DNA of 38,456 nucleotides from Bacteroidales bacterium (GTDB lineage Bacteria > Bacteroidota > Bacteroidia > Bacteroidales > CAIWKO01). This document shows positions 8,801 through 16,768 of the stretch, piece after piece. The notes beneath the pieces were generated by a model, which searched no databases, was not told the DNA's origin, and was given only the letters and a program-made list of their open reading frames with translations. Both the position numbers and the translations under genes were made by a program. Position 1 is the stretch's first letter. Each line of letters opens with the position of its first letter. Location: positions 1 to 38,456 of the forward strand of contig DAOORA010000041.1 of NCBI GenBank assembly GCA_035389045.1, given 5' to 3'.

Positions 8801-11800
8801 ACCTATATTTCAGTTTCTTTGCCAAATGATGATTATTCAGGTGATAATTCAAAAACCTGGACTCAAAATACCAATGATTATACATGTAATTATTCTTCTG
8901 CTGATCCGGCAACTAACGGGTATGGATATGCGCAGGGATACTCAGGAATATTTTACGCAAAATACTATGTAAATGGCAGTGCAAAAATTAATTCTGTTAA
9001 AGCCTTTATTTATAATTATGCCGCAAACGCAGGTAATGCTGTTCAATGTGTAGTGTTAAATTCATCCGGTGGGTTAATCGGTCAATCTGATTATTATAAT
9101 ATTCAATCCGACTCGATGGGAATGTGGCATACTTTTCCGATTCAGACACCACCTGCTGTTACAGATGATTATATTTATGTTGGGTTAGCCATTCCATCGG
9201 GGATGACGGCCTATTACCCCATGGGAGTGCAAAATGAGAATCCATCACGTACTGATGCATATTATTATTCTGCTTTTGATGGTTCCGGGCTGACGCCATG
9301 CGATCCGGCAATATTTCCATTCAGGTTTATGCTGGGTGTTGTTTTTTCGCCGGCATCCTGTACTCAACTGGATTATCTTGCTTCAAGAGCACAGTCTGTC
9401 CCCGGCACTTATGTTGATTTAGGATCCAACGGAACTATAATAACTACCGCAAACTTTGATGATGACAATTCAGCAGCCCAGGATATCGGTTTCCCATTCG
9501 AATACAATTGTCAGACGTTCACACAGTTTATTTTAAATACCAATGGGTTTATTAAACTGGGAAACACCCCTCCATCTGCAGCAGCATTGTTTTTCGACGG
9601 TGCACAGACAGCCGGCAATGGTATTTTTAACAGTACGGATCCTGCCGATGTTGACCTTATTGCAGCTTTCAACCACGACCTGATGGCCGGAACGGGAACT
9701 CCCGAATACCGGGTTTATACTTCGGGAATTGCACCCTACCGCGTTTGCACGATACAGTTCAAAAATGTCAGGGATAAGACAGTTTCACCGCTTCAGCAGT
9801 ATGATAATATGCAGTTTCAGATCAGGCTATACGAAACGACCAGAATTATTGAGTTTGTTTATGGGGACTGGACACCATCAGTGAATGCCTCCGCTTATAA
9901 AACATCAGCCTGTGGACTAAAAGGCTCAAGTAGTTCTGACAATCAATTACTTGTAGTCAATAAAGGTTCGGCTCAGGCATGGAGTGCGGTTACTTTTTCT
10001 AATGCAAACTATTGGACGACTGCTACATTAAATTTCGGTAACCCTCCTGACCGGCCCAAACCCGATGCAGGCAGAACTTTCAGATTTATACCTCTTTATG
10101 ACAATGACTTACTGGTAAGTGAAATTTACGCTATGGGAGAAGCTTCGTTGTTTCATTCAAACCCGCAGACAATTTCAGTAAATATTAAAAACTCTGGCAT
10201 TATTGACCTGGCAAATATTCCTGTGACATTGAATATATCCGGGGCGAATACATTTACAGATACTCAATATATCTCAGGTTTGAATTCAGGAGATAGTATT
10301 TCAGTCAGTTTTTCTGATTTTAACGCAGTTTCAAACGGTGTTACCACTATTACTGTTACTTTGCCCGATGACCAATGTAATGATAATAATACAAAGACCT
10401 GGACACAAAACACTAATGATTATATATGTAATTATTCATCTTCTGAAACAGCGACTAACGGTTATGGTTATTTGCAGGGCGATGAAGGCGTATTTTATGC
10501 AAAATATCATGTAAGTGGGAGTACAAAAATTAATTCTGTCAAAGCTTTTATTTACAATTATGCTTCAAATATCGGAAATGGTGTTTATTGCCTGGTGTTA
10601 AATTCATCAGGGACTGTTGTCGGTCAATCAGATACTTATATCATTCAATCAGATTCCATGGGCATGTGGCATACTTTTCCGATTCAGACACCGCCGACGG
10701 TAACCGATGATTATTATTATGTCGGCCTGGCTGTACCGTCAGGCAATGTGACTTATTATCCGATGGGTTTACAGAATGAAAATCCACCGCGCCCTGATGC
10801 ATATTTTTATTCGGCAATTGATGGAAGTGGGTTATACCCCTGCGATCCGTCAACCTTTACATTCAGGTTTATGATCGGAGCTGTTTTGGCACCACTTCCG
10901 CCAGTGGCTGGTACTGCTTATTCGGATACCATCCTGTGCTCCGGCAACCATGCCTCCATTCATTTGAATGGGTTTTATGGAAGCATACACTGGCAGGAAT
11001 CTGCTGACGGCGTTATGAACTGGACTGATGTGTCGGGGGGGGGCGGTTCGGACAGTGCCATTTATATTACTTCAGATTTAAGTTTAACAACATATTTCCG
11101 TGCAACGGTGACACAGCCGCCATATCCTGCTGTGTATTCAAATGTGATTACAGTTTCTGTCAATATAACGCCGTTGGCCGATGCAGGCGCTGATGCCACC
11201 TATTCAGGTATCCCTGTACAGGTTGGCGATACCTCAAGCGGACCAGGAACATTCAGCTGGGCTCCGGCAGCCGGATTAAGCGATCCCGATATTGCCCGGC
11301 CTTTTGCATCACCTGCAACAACTACGACATATACTTTAACAGTTGATAATAACGGCTGTACCGCCACCGATGAAATTACGGTTACATATGGGAATTCCGG
11401 GCATTCGGTCAGCGGCAAAACCCGGTATGCTGCCCGGGCAAATGTCGGGACGCCGGCGCCCAACCTTCCGACATATAATTCAGTAATTTACAACCTTGAT
11501 CATGTAATTGTGATATTGAAAAACTATCCTTCAGGATCTGAACTGGCAAGGGATACAAGTGATGTCCTCGGGAATTTTCAGTTTATCAACATTCCTGACG
11601 GTGAATATTTGCTGACCTATGATAAATATACGGCTGATACCATGCAATGGGGCAATGATATTAACGTTGCTGATCTGGCCATGCTGAAATATTTTATTGG
11701 CAGTGATACGATCCTGGATCCTTCAAGAAATTTTTCGGCAAAATATAGAAAAGCGATAGATATAGATAATAATTTGTATATAAATGTTGCTGATGTGGCA

Positions 11801-12742
11801 AGGTTAAAAGCAAAGATCGGATCGCCTTATAATGCCGGTAGAAACTTTCCGAAAGGAAACTGGGTGGCGCTAAATAAAACTTTTACGGTTGCCGGGTCTG
11901 ATATTAGTCTTACGCTGGAAACCATCTGCTATGGTGATTATAACGCATCCAGCACCAAATACCGTGACTCACTGGTCAACTGGAGCATGACCAAGTCGCT
12001 GCCACAGAATATCATCTCAGTATCACAGGATTACATCACAACCGCTGCCCCGGCCTATTTTGAAATTCCCCTGCGGATAAGTACAAAAATGAATGATTTT
12101 TCTGCCTTAGGCCTTGAATTGAATTATCCGGATCAGGATTTCAAACTGGTAAATGCTGTGATGCCGGGTGCGGGCAAAAATGCCGGCACGGGGAAGATCA
12201 ATCCGACTTTGGAAGAGATCATGGCCGGCGATGATGACCTGCTGGTGACCGATGAAGACGGTGTGATCAGGGTGGTTTATGCTACGACTGAGCATTTTGA
12301 TGTGGCAGCCAATGACGAAGTGATCCGGCTGGGTTTCCGGTCGCTGCAGGACATGAATCCCGGAACTTTGGAATTTACGTTATCCGGCACCGGTGTGATT
12401 GCTGATCAGTACGGCGAAGAGAATGAAGATGCCTATTTATTAATGCCCAAAATAATGGTACAGGGAAACAAGACGGAAGCAGGATTTGAATTTGAAGGCT
12501 ATCCCAACCCGTTTACCAATGAGGTGGCATTAAAATACAGTATCCCGGAATCCGGTAATATTAAACTGATGATTTATAATTCAATAGGCGAGGTGGTTAA
12601 GGAGTTGGTAAACGAAAGCCAAGCTGGCGGAAAACATACGGTACGCTATTCACCGGAGGGCTTTCCGGCCGGAATGTATACTTTTAGACTGGAGTTCAAC
12701 GGAACTGAATCAAAGTGTAAAGTGTTGAAAATGATCCATTGA
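5855..12742 (+). CDS. Giant T9SS-secreted surface protein: three 514-aa repeats (beta-rich domain + CARDB/Ig-like + beta-sandwich), Ig-like domains, dockerin/cohesin-like cassette, T9SS CTD
   Basis: Signal peptide MRKSIIILIAFLTFAIIANA at 5855. Repeat units start at 6275, 7817 and 9359. C-terminus YPNPF...KCKVLKMIH. Confidence 0.88.
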   Translation: MRKSIIILIAFLTFAIIANAHRVAKNGTKGGYMSCFAIGRSDVYTGTHSGDVFKSSANGAGRSVINYRNASYSSNTFLGNGSETGIVNYEVCSGTGYSLNNMGLIHENSYNYALYKQNSGTQCNAIPAMTGNTITSGTYPCPSLNYFAAKAISIAGTYNDIGSDGMVITTSDFDDANSAPQNIGFSFDYNCHTFDQFILNTNGFIKLGNIPPSTAALFFDGAQTSGNGIFNSADTADINLIAAFNHDLMAGTATPEYRVYTSGTAPYRVCTIQFKNVRDKTATPAQQYDNMQFQIKLYETSNIIEFVYGDWTPSANASAYKTSACGLKGSSNSDNQLLAVNKGSAQAWSAVTFSNANYWTTATLNFGNPPDRPKPDAGRTFRFIPVYDIDLVVGDIFALGEASLYHSNPQKIGVNIKNSGYNDLTNIPVTLNISGANTFADTQYISGLNSGESAVVYFSDFSAVSNGSTIITVSLPDDDYNADNTKSWSQNTNDNMCNYSSAAAAISGYGFTQGYQGVLYAKYHVSGSAKINSVKAFIYNYASNIGNTVYCLVLNSSGAIVGQSDNFLIQSDSMGMWHTFPIQTPPTVTDDYYYVGLAVPSGIATYYPMGLQNENPSRPDAYFYSAIDGSGLTQLDPGTFPYRFMVGSVLSPVSCAGLNYPAVRAQSVAGTYVDLGSNGAIIPTANFDDANSSAQDIGFSFNYNCQTFNQFILNTNGFIKLGNTPPSSAALFFDGAQTYGNGVFNSTDSADVNLIAVFNHDLMAGTGTPEYRLYTIGTAPYRVCTIQFKNVRDKTTAPAQQYDNMQFQIILYETSNIIEFVYGDWTPSANASAYKTSACGLKGSGSADNQLLVVNKGSGWAWNAVNFSNSNYVTTSTLNFGNPPDRPKPDAGRTFRFVPVYNNDLTVREIYTMGEASLYYSNPQKISVNIKNSGNNNMINIPVALNIFGANTFTDVQYISSLNPGDSADIYFSDFFAYTNGSTYISVSLPNDDYSGDNSKTWTQNTNDYTCNYSSADPATNGYGYAQGYSGIFYAKYYVNGSAKINSVKAFIYNYAANAGNAVQCVVLNSSGGLIGQSDYYNIQSDSMGMWHTFPIQTPPAVTDDYIYVGLAIPSGMTAYYPMGVQNENPSRTDAYYYSAFDGSGLTPCDPAIFPFRFMLGVVFSPASCTQLDYLASRAQSVPGTYVDLGSNGTIITTANFDDDNSAAQDIGFPFEYNCQTFTQFILNTNGFIKLGNTPPSAAALFFDGAQTAGNGIFNSTDPADVDLIAAFNHDLMAGTGTPEYRVYTSGIAPYRVCTIQFKNVRDKTVSPLQQYDNMQFQIRLYETTRIIEFVYGDWTPSVNASAYKTSACGLKGSSSSDNQLLVVNKGSAQAWSAVTFSNANYWTTATLNFGNPPDRPKPDAGRTFRFIPLYDNDLLVSEIYAMGEASLFHSNPQTISVNIKNSGIIDLANIPVTLNISGANTFTDTQYISGLNSGDSISVSFSDFNAVSNGVTTITVTLPDDQCNDNNTKTWTQNTNDYICNYSSSETATNGYGYLQGDEGVFYAKYHVSGSTKINSVKAFIYNYASNIGNGVYCLVLNSSGTVVGQSDTYIIQSDSMGMWHTFPIQTPPTVTDDYYYVGLAVPSGNVTYYPMGLQNENPPRPDAYFYSAIDGSGLYPCDPSTFTFRFMIGAVLAPLPPVAGTAYSDTILCSGNHASIHLNGFYGSIHWQESADGVMNWTDVSGGGGSDSAIYITSDLSLTTYFRATVTQPPYPAVYSNVITVSVNITPLADAGADATYSGIPVQVGDTSSGPGTFSWAPAAGLSDPDIARPFASPATTTTYTLTVDNNGCTATDEITVTYGNSGHSVSGKTRYAARANVGTPAPNLPTYNSVIYNLDHVIVILKNYPSGSELARDTSDVLGNFQFINIPDGEYLLTYDKYTADTMQWGNDINVADLAMLKYFIGSDTILDPSRNFSAKYRKAIDIDNNLYINVADVARLKAKIGSPYNAGRNFPKGNWVALNKTFTVAGSDISLTLETICYGDYNASSTKYRDSLVNWSMTKSLPQNIISVSQDYITTAAPAYFEIPLRISTKMNDFSALGLELNYPDQDFKLVNAVMPGAGKNAGTGKINPTLEEIMAGDDDLLVTDEDGVIRVVYATTEHFDVAANDEVIRLGFRSLQDMNPGTLEFTLSGTGVIADQYGEENEDAYLLMPKIMVQGNKTEAGFEFEGYPNPFTNEVALKYSIPESGNIKLMIYNSIGEVVKELVNESQAGGKHTVRYSPEGFPAGMYTFRLEFNGTESKCKVLKMIH
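6275..10900 (+). repeat. Three tandem intragenic repeats, period 1542 bp
   Basis: C..L.Y.A..A.S..GTY, FILNTNGFIKLG, FNHDLMAGT, QQYDNMQFQI and NFGNPPDRPKPDAGRTFRF recur at exact 514-aa spacing. Confidence 0.95.
11918..12741 (+). repeat. Long direct repeat, copy 2; partner at 4433-5256
   Basis: See copy 1; identity extends up to the stop codon. Confidence 0.92.
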
Positions 12743-12785
12743 TCCGTTGTGGTGCTGGTGATCGTAAAACCGACAAAAGAAATTT

Positions 12786-12805
12786 AACAGGCCATCAAGC
12801 CTGTT
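12786..12805 (-). terminator. Possible terminator hairpin between convergent genes
   Basis: AACAGGC-catcaa-GCCTGTT directly after the stop of the TPR gene; T-rich tail on the minus strand. Confidence 0.4.
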
Positions 12806-14967
12806 TATTGCCCTGCAGGCTTATATTTCTCAGATTTTGCAAGATATTCGGCGGCGGTTTCTTTATCGCCCATGATACGGTAAGTTTCTGCGATGTTCAG
12901 GTATATCCCGTACTTGTCGGGTTTGATGTCAAGCGCTTTTTTAAAATAGTAAATGGATTTTTCATAATCATGCCTGATCCCATAAACGATACCCAGATTT
13001 TCAAGCGATGATACATTTCCGGGATCAATATTTATTGCTTTTATAAAGCATTGCTGAGCTTCATCGATCATATTCAGGTTTTCTCCGTAAATCTCACCTA
13101 ATTTGCTGATGGCATCCACATAATCCGGTTTTATTTGTATGGCTTTGTTGAGTATTAATATTGCTGAATCAAATTTATTCAGGCCTTTGTAGGCTACTCC
13201 GAGCCCGAAATAGGATTCGGCGTTTTCCGGTTCATATTTTAAAAGCAGATTGTAGTTTTTCAACGCTTCGCCATATAATTTATCACTATTGGCCATAATA
13301 GCGACATTTTTTAAATTATTAAGGGCAAATTTATTTTTAGGGTTGAGCAGCAGGCATTTGAGATAATAATCACGGCTTTTTTCATATTCTTTTTTTTTGA
13401 AATATGCATTACCGAGCAGCAATAGCGCATTGGAATTCTGAGGGTAAATCTCCAGGGCTTTCAATAAATATTTTTCTGCCTGGTCAAGATATTTCTGTTT
13501 CTGAACATCATTTTCGGTGGAATCGGCTTTTTCTATCAGCCTGCCACCTGCCGAGGTGTTGCATTTGGTACTGTTGGATGAAACACGGACATCGGTGGTG
13601 AACAAAGTAAGATCATCCATCCATACACGGTTACGTGCGACAGTTTTAACAGCATATCCGGTTAAAATGACCAAAAAAACAATGAGGGCAGTAGTGCGGA
13701 ATGTTCCGGAATTGTTGATTTTCTTCTTCAGTACAACGGAGATAAGATAGGCAATGATGATGGTGAAACCAAGCAGCGATGTGAACATGAAACGTTCGTT
13801 CATAAAGGTGCCAATGTTTATTACAAGATTGGAAACTATGGAAAAACTTATAAAGAAAAATAAAATGCTAAAGGCAAAAATGTTTTTTTTCCTGATCCTG
13901 ATAAATGAAAAAATCAATAAAAATCCGAATATGGCCAACGACAACAGCGGCCTGGGGTCGGAAAAACCAATAATGGGGATTTGTTTGGGATAGTAGTCGT
14001 GTGTTAACGGATGAGGGAAAATCAGCAACCACAGGTATTTGAGCCAGGTGAGTAGGATGGTGGCGTATTTTTGCATCAGCGAAGCGCCGACAAAGGGATC
14101 ATTCAACAACTCGGTAACACGTGCGCTGGTGATGCCGGCCCCGGTCACGCCTATCCTTATGATGAAATAAGTCAGAAAGGCAAGCAACAACGGAAGTAAA
14201 GTGAATATATAATCTTTTAAGCGTGGATTGATGAAAACGTAAAGAATAAGCGGAATCAGGGCTATAAAGGTCAGCGCATTTTCTTTGGATAAAACCGCCA
14301 GTAAAAAAAGGAAAAAATTAATTATTAATAAATACAATTTTTTATTTTGCATATATTGCAGAGTGATATACGCAGTCAGCAAAGAAAAGAGCAGGGAAAG
14401 TATTTCATCGCGGCCTTTGATGTTGGCAACTACCTCGGTATGCAACGGATGTGCCGCAAAAAGCATAGAAGCAATGAAGGGGATACTCAGAAACCAATGG
14501 TTTGCTGTGAAGTTCTTGAACAACCTCAAAAGTATTATGTACAAAAGCATACAGGTCAGTGCATACAGAAGAATATTGACAAGGTGTCCGATAAAAGGGT
14601 TGAAGCCGAAGAGTTCTTTCTCAACAGCAAACATCACTTGTGCTAACGGGCGGTAGCGCCCTCCCGGCAGCAAACCTTTTTTTTCACCGAAAAAGCCGAC
14701 AAATGCGTCGTTGCTAAAAATTTCCCCTATCCCTGAAACGCCCTTCTGGGTATACGTATTTTGGGTGATCACCAGGGAATCATCCAGTGCGTAGTTAAGG
14801 TCAAGGGTGTCGGCGTATAACAGTAAAGCGAAAACAAAGACTACCCATTTGATGTATGAGGCATGCCAGGTGTCTTTCCGGGATTTTTGTTCAGTGTTTG
14901 TTTTTCTGCTATCCGGTTTCTTTTTGGCCTTAACTCCGCTGTGCTGATTTTGTTGTGCAGCCACCAT
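12805..14967 (-). CDS. TMTC-like membrane glycosyltransferase (GT-C fold) with C-terminal TPR repeats
   Basis: YALDDSLVITQN (DD motif), YRPL, HPLHTEVVANIKGRDE, LSKE, ERFMF.S..GF, RN.VW; many hydrophobic helices; multiple TPR repeats (A....P....A...LG). Confidence 0.85.
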   Translation of the reverse strand: MVAAQQNQHSGVKAKKKPDSRKTNTEQKSRKDTWHASYIKWVVFVFALLLYADTLDLNYALDDSLVITQNTYTQKGVSGIGEIFSNDAFVGFFGEKKGLLPGGRYRPLAQVMFAVEKELFGFNPFIGHLVNILLYALTCMLLYIILLRLFKNFTANHWFLSIPFIASMLFAAHPLHTEVVANIKGRDEILSLLFSLLTAYITLQYMQNKKLYLLIINFFLFLLAVLSKENALTFIALIPLILYVFINPRLKDYIFTLLPLLLAFLTYFIIRIGVTGAGITSARVTELLNDPFVGASLMQKYATILLTWLKYLWLLIFPHPLTHDYYPKQIPIIGFSDPRPLLSLAIFGFLLIFSFIRIRKKNIFAFSILFFFISFSIVSNLVINIGTFMNERFMFTSLLGFTIIIAYLISVVLKKKINNSGTFRTTALIVFLVILTGYAVKTVARNRVWMDDLTLFTTDVRVSSNSTKCNTSAGGRLIEKADSTENDVQKQKYLDQAEKYLLKALEIYPQNSNALLLLGNAYFKKKEYEKSRDYYLKCLLLNPKNKFALNNLKNVAIMANSDKLYGEALKNYNLLLKYEPENAESYFGLGVAYKGLNKFDSAILILNKAIQIKPDYVDAISKLGEIYGENLNMIDEAQQCFIKAINIDPGNVSSLENLGIVYGIRHDYEKSIYYFKKALDIKPDKYGIYLNIAETYRIMGDKETAAEYLAKSEKYKPAGQ

Positions 14968-14975
14968 GAAAAAGC

Positions 14976-16643
14976 TTATTTAAAAGGAATTATGAGGCTT
15001 TTATCTGCTTTAATACTTTTCTCTTCAGTCATATCATTGACTTTTAAAATCCTTTTTTTGTCAACCTGGTATTTTTTTGCAATGACATCAATGTTTTCTC
15101 CTGACTTAACCAGGTGATTGGCTTTTGTCGGGATATCCAGCTTTTGTTTTTCCCGGATGTTATCATTGGCTAATTTATTCTTCTTTTTGATGAATTCTAT
15201 TTTTACACCAAATTTTGAAGCTATGGTTCCCAAAAATTCACCTTTTTTCACGGAATAACTGATCCATATCGTATCCGTCTTAGGAGGTACCTCATTTTCT
15301 ACTACTGCAGCGTTCTTATTTTTTTCAACTGTTTTTAAGGTATCCACTGTCACGGCAGTATTGGTATCATTAATCCTGGTGGTTCCGCTTTGTTTGATAA
15401 AAAGATCCCAGAATACAAATGCAATAAATACCACTAAGGCAATAACAGCAATCATATTGATTTTTTTCTTCAGGCCGGGTTTTTCTTTCAGTTTACGATA
15501 AAATCCAAAACGATCAAGGAAAGAATTCTTTTCCTGATCCTGAACAGTATCTGTATGGGGCTTTGGCTCAATATACTGTGGCTCTTGTTCATTATTAAGA
15601 CCGCCAACGACGGTGTCAACAACGTTTTCCGTATCCCTGGCTGTTTGTTGAACATCATCGGCAATGGGTTCCATGGCCTCAGGTTCCTTGTTGTATTCCG
15701 GTTCGGTAACGACGGGTTCGTCATAATTTAATGGTTCTGAGGCAGGTTGTTCGAAATCAACATCCGGTTCGGTGTCCACAGGTTCATTAGTGATTTCCGG
15801 TTCGGCTAAAGGTTGCTCTTCATCTTTTTTAATTGGTCTTAGTTCTTTGGGTATCTGATAAAGCGCTACGAACTTTGATTTTTTATTAGTAACATTGTTA
15901 AAATAAATAAGTTGAACGGTACTATTATCGGTTCCATCTTTTTCATTTGCCCGTTGAACCAGTCTGTCGGCTTTTTCCTGGATTGTCAGGGTGCTGCTGA
16001 GGATTTGAGCAATATCATGATCTTCGAGCATGTTAAAAAGTCCGTCGGTGCAGATCATCATAATATCATTCAGCGCCGGTATTGCCGGAGAGGAGCAAAA
16101 TTCAATTTCAATATTCGGGCCGGTGCCAAGCACTCGGGTTATTATATTACGATCCGGGTGTGTTCTGCCTTCCTGCTCAGTTAGTACACCATTATCAATA
16201 AGGTGCTGGATACGCGAATGATCACGCGTAAGCCTTTGGAGGCGTTCGTCCGAAAAAATATATATCCGGCTGTCACCGACATGTGCATAATGCACTTTGT
16301 CATGACGTATCACCGCCAACACGATGGTGGTTCCCATGCCTTGGTATTCCTTGTTTTCCCTGGATTTTTTATAAACCACGGCGTTGGCAAATTCAATAGC
16401 TGCTTTTAAGGCATCTTCCGGTACATCAAAATAATGATTTTCGAGGTATGCGCGTATGCTGTTTACTGCAAACTCCGATGCGACAGCACCGCCGGCAGCG
16501 CCTCCCATGCCATCACATACAATAAAGACGTGTCCGTTGATGCTTTCAAATTCTGCGTAACAATCCTGGTTTTCAAGCCTTACTAACCCGGTATGCGTGG
16601 AAACACCATATTCGAAAGCTTGTGAATCTTTTGTCTTTGACAT
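14976..16643 (-). CDS. PP2C-family (Stp1/PrpC-like) Ser/Thr phosphatase fused via acidic linker and TM helix to two LysM domains
   Basis: G.VR..NQD, VCDGMGG..GG.VAS, GMGTT, HVGDSR, TRDHS, RNIITR.LG, CTDGL, G.DN.T. TM segment MIAVIALVVFIAFVFW. LysM repeats YSVKKGE.L..IA.KF and HLVKSGE.I..IAKKY. Confidence 0.9.
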   Translation of the reverse strand: MSKTKDSQAFEYGVSTHTGLVRLENQDCYAEFESINGHVFIVCDGMGGAAGGAVASEFAVNSIRAYLENHYFDVPEDALKAAIEFANAVVYKKSRENKEYQGMGTTIVLAVIRHDKVHYAHVGDSRIYIFSDERLQRLTRDHSRIQHLIDNGVLTEQEGRTHPDRNIITRVLGTGPNIEIEFCSSPAIPALNDIMMICTDGLFNMLEDHDIAQILSSTLTIQEKADRLVQRANEKDGTDNSTVQLIYFNNVTNKKSKFVALYQIPKELRPIKKDEEQPLAEPEITNEPVDTEPDVDFEQPASEPLNYDEPVVTEPEYNKEPEAMEPIADDVQQTARDTENVVDTVVGGLNNEQEPQYIEPKPHTDTVQDQEKNSFLDRFGFYRKLKEKPGLKKKINMIAVIALVVFIAFVFWDLFIKQSGTTRINDTNTAVTVDTLKTVEKNKNAAVVENEVPPKTDTIWISYSVKKGEFLGTIASKFGVKIEFIKKKNKLANDNIREKQKLDIPTKANHLVKSGENIDVIAKKYQVDKKRILKVNDMTEEKSIKADKSLIIPFK

Positions 16644-16669
16644 ACTTACTTGCGTTATAGGTTAAAAAG

Positions 16670-16677
16670 CAAATATA
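16670..16677 (-). promoter_or_regulatory. -7 box (TATATTTG) for the phosphatase-TMTC operon
   Basis: CAAATATA on the plus strand, 26 nt upstream of the start at 16643. Confidence 0.5.
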
Positions 16678-16768
16678 CAAAAGAAAATATGTGAAAAACT
16701 CAAAATGAAAAACGAGTTATAACAATAATGTTGTTAGTAAATGGGGAACGAAAAACCTGTAACGGCTT

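Noticed and set aside
4433..12741. Diversity-generating retroelement TR/VR pair
   Set aside because: Both copies are long and coding, mismatches are not adenine-specific, and no reverse transcriptase is present.
12739..13011. 90-aa ORF overlapping the giant gene's stop
   Set aside because: Mostly antisense to the TPR gene's 3' end; no motif support.
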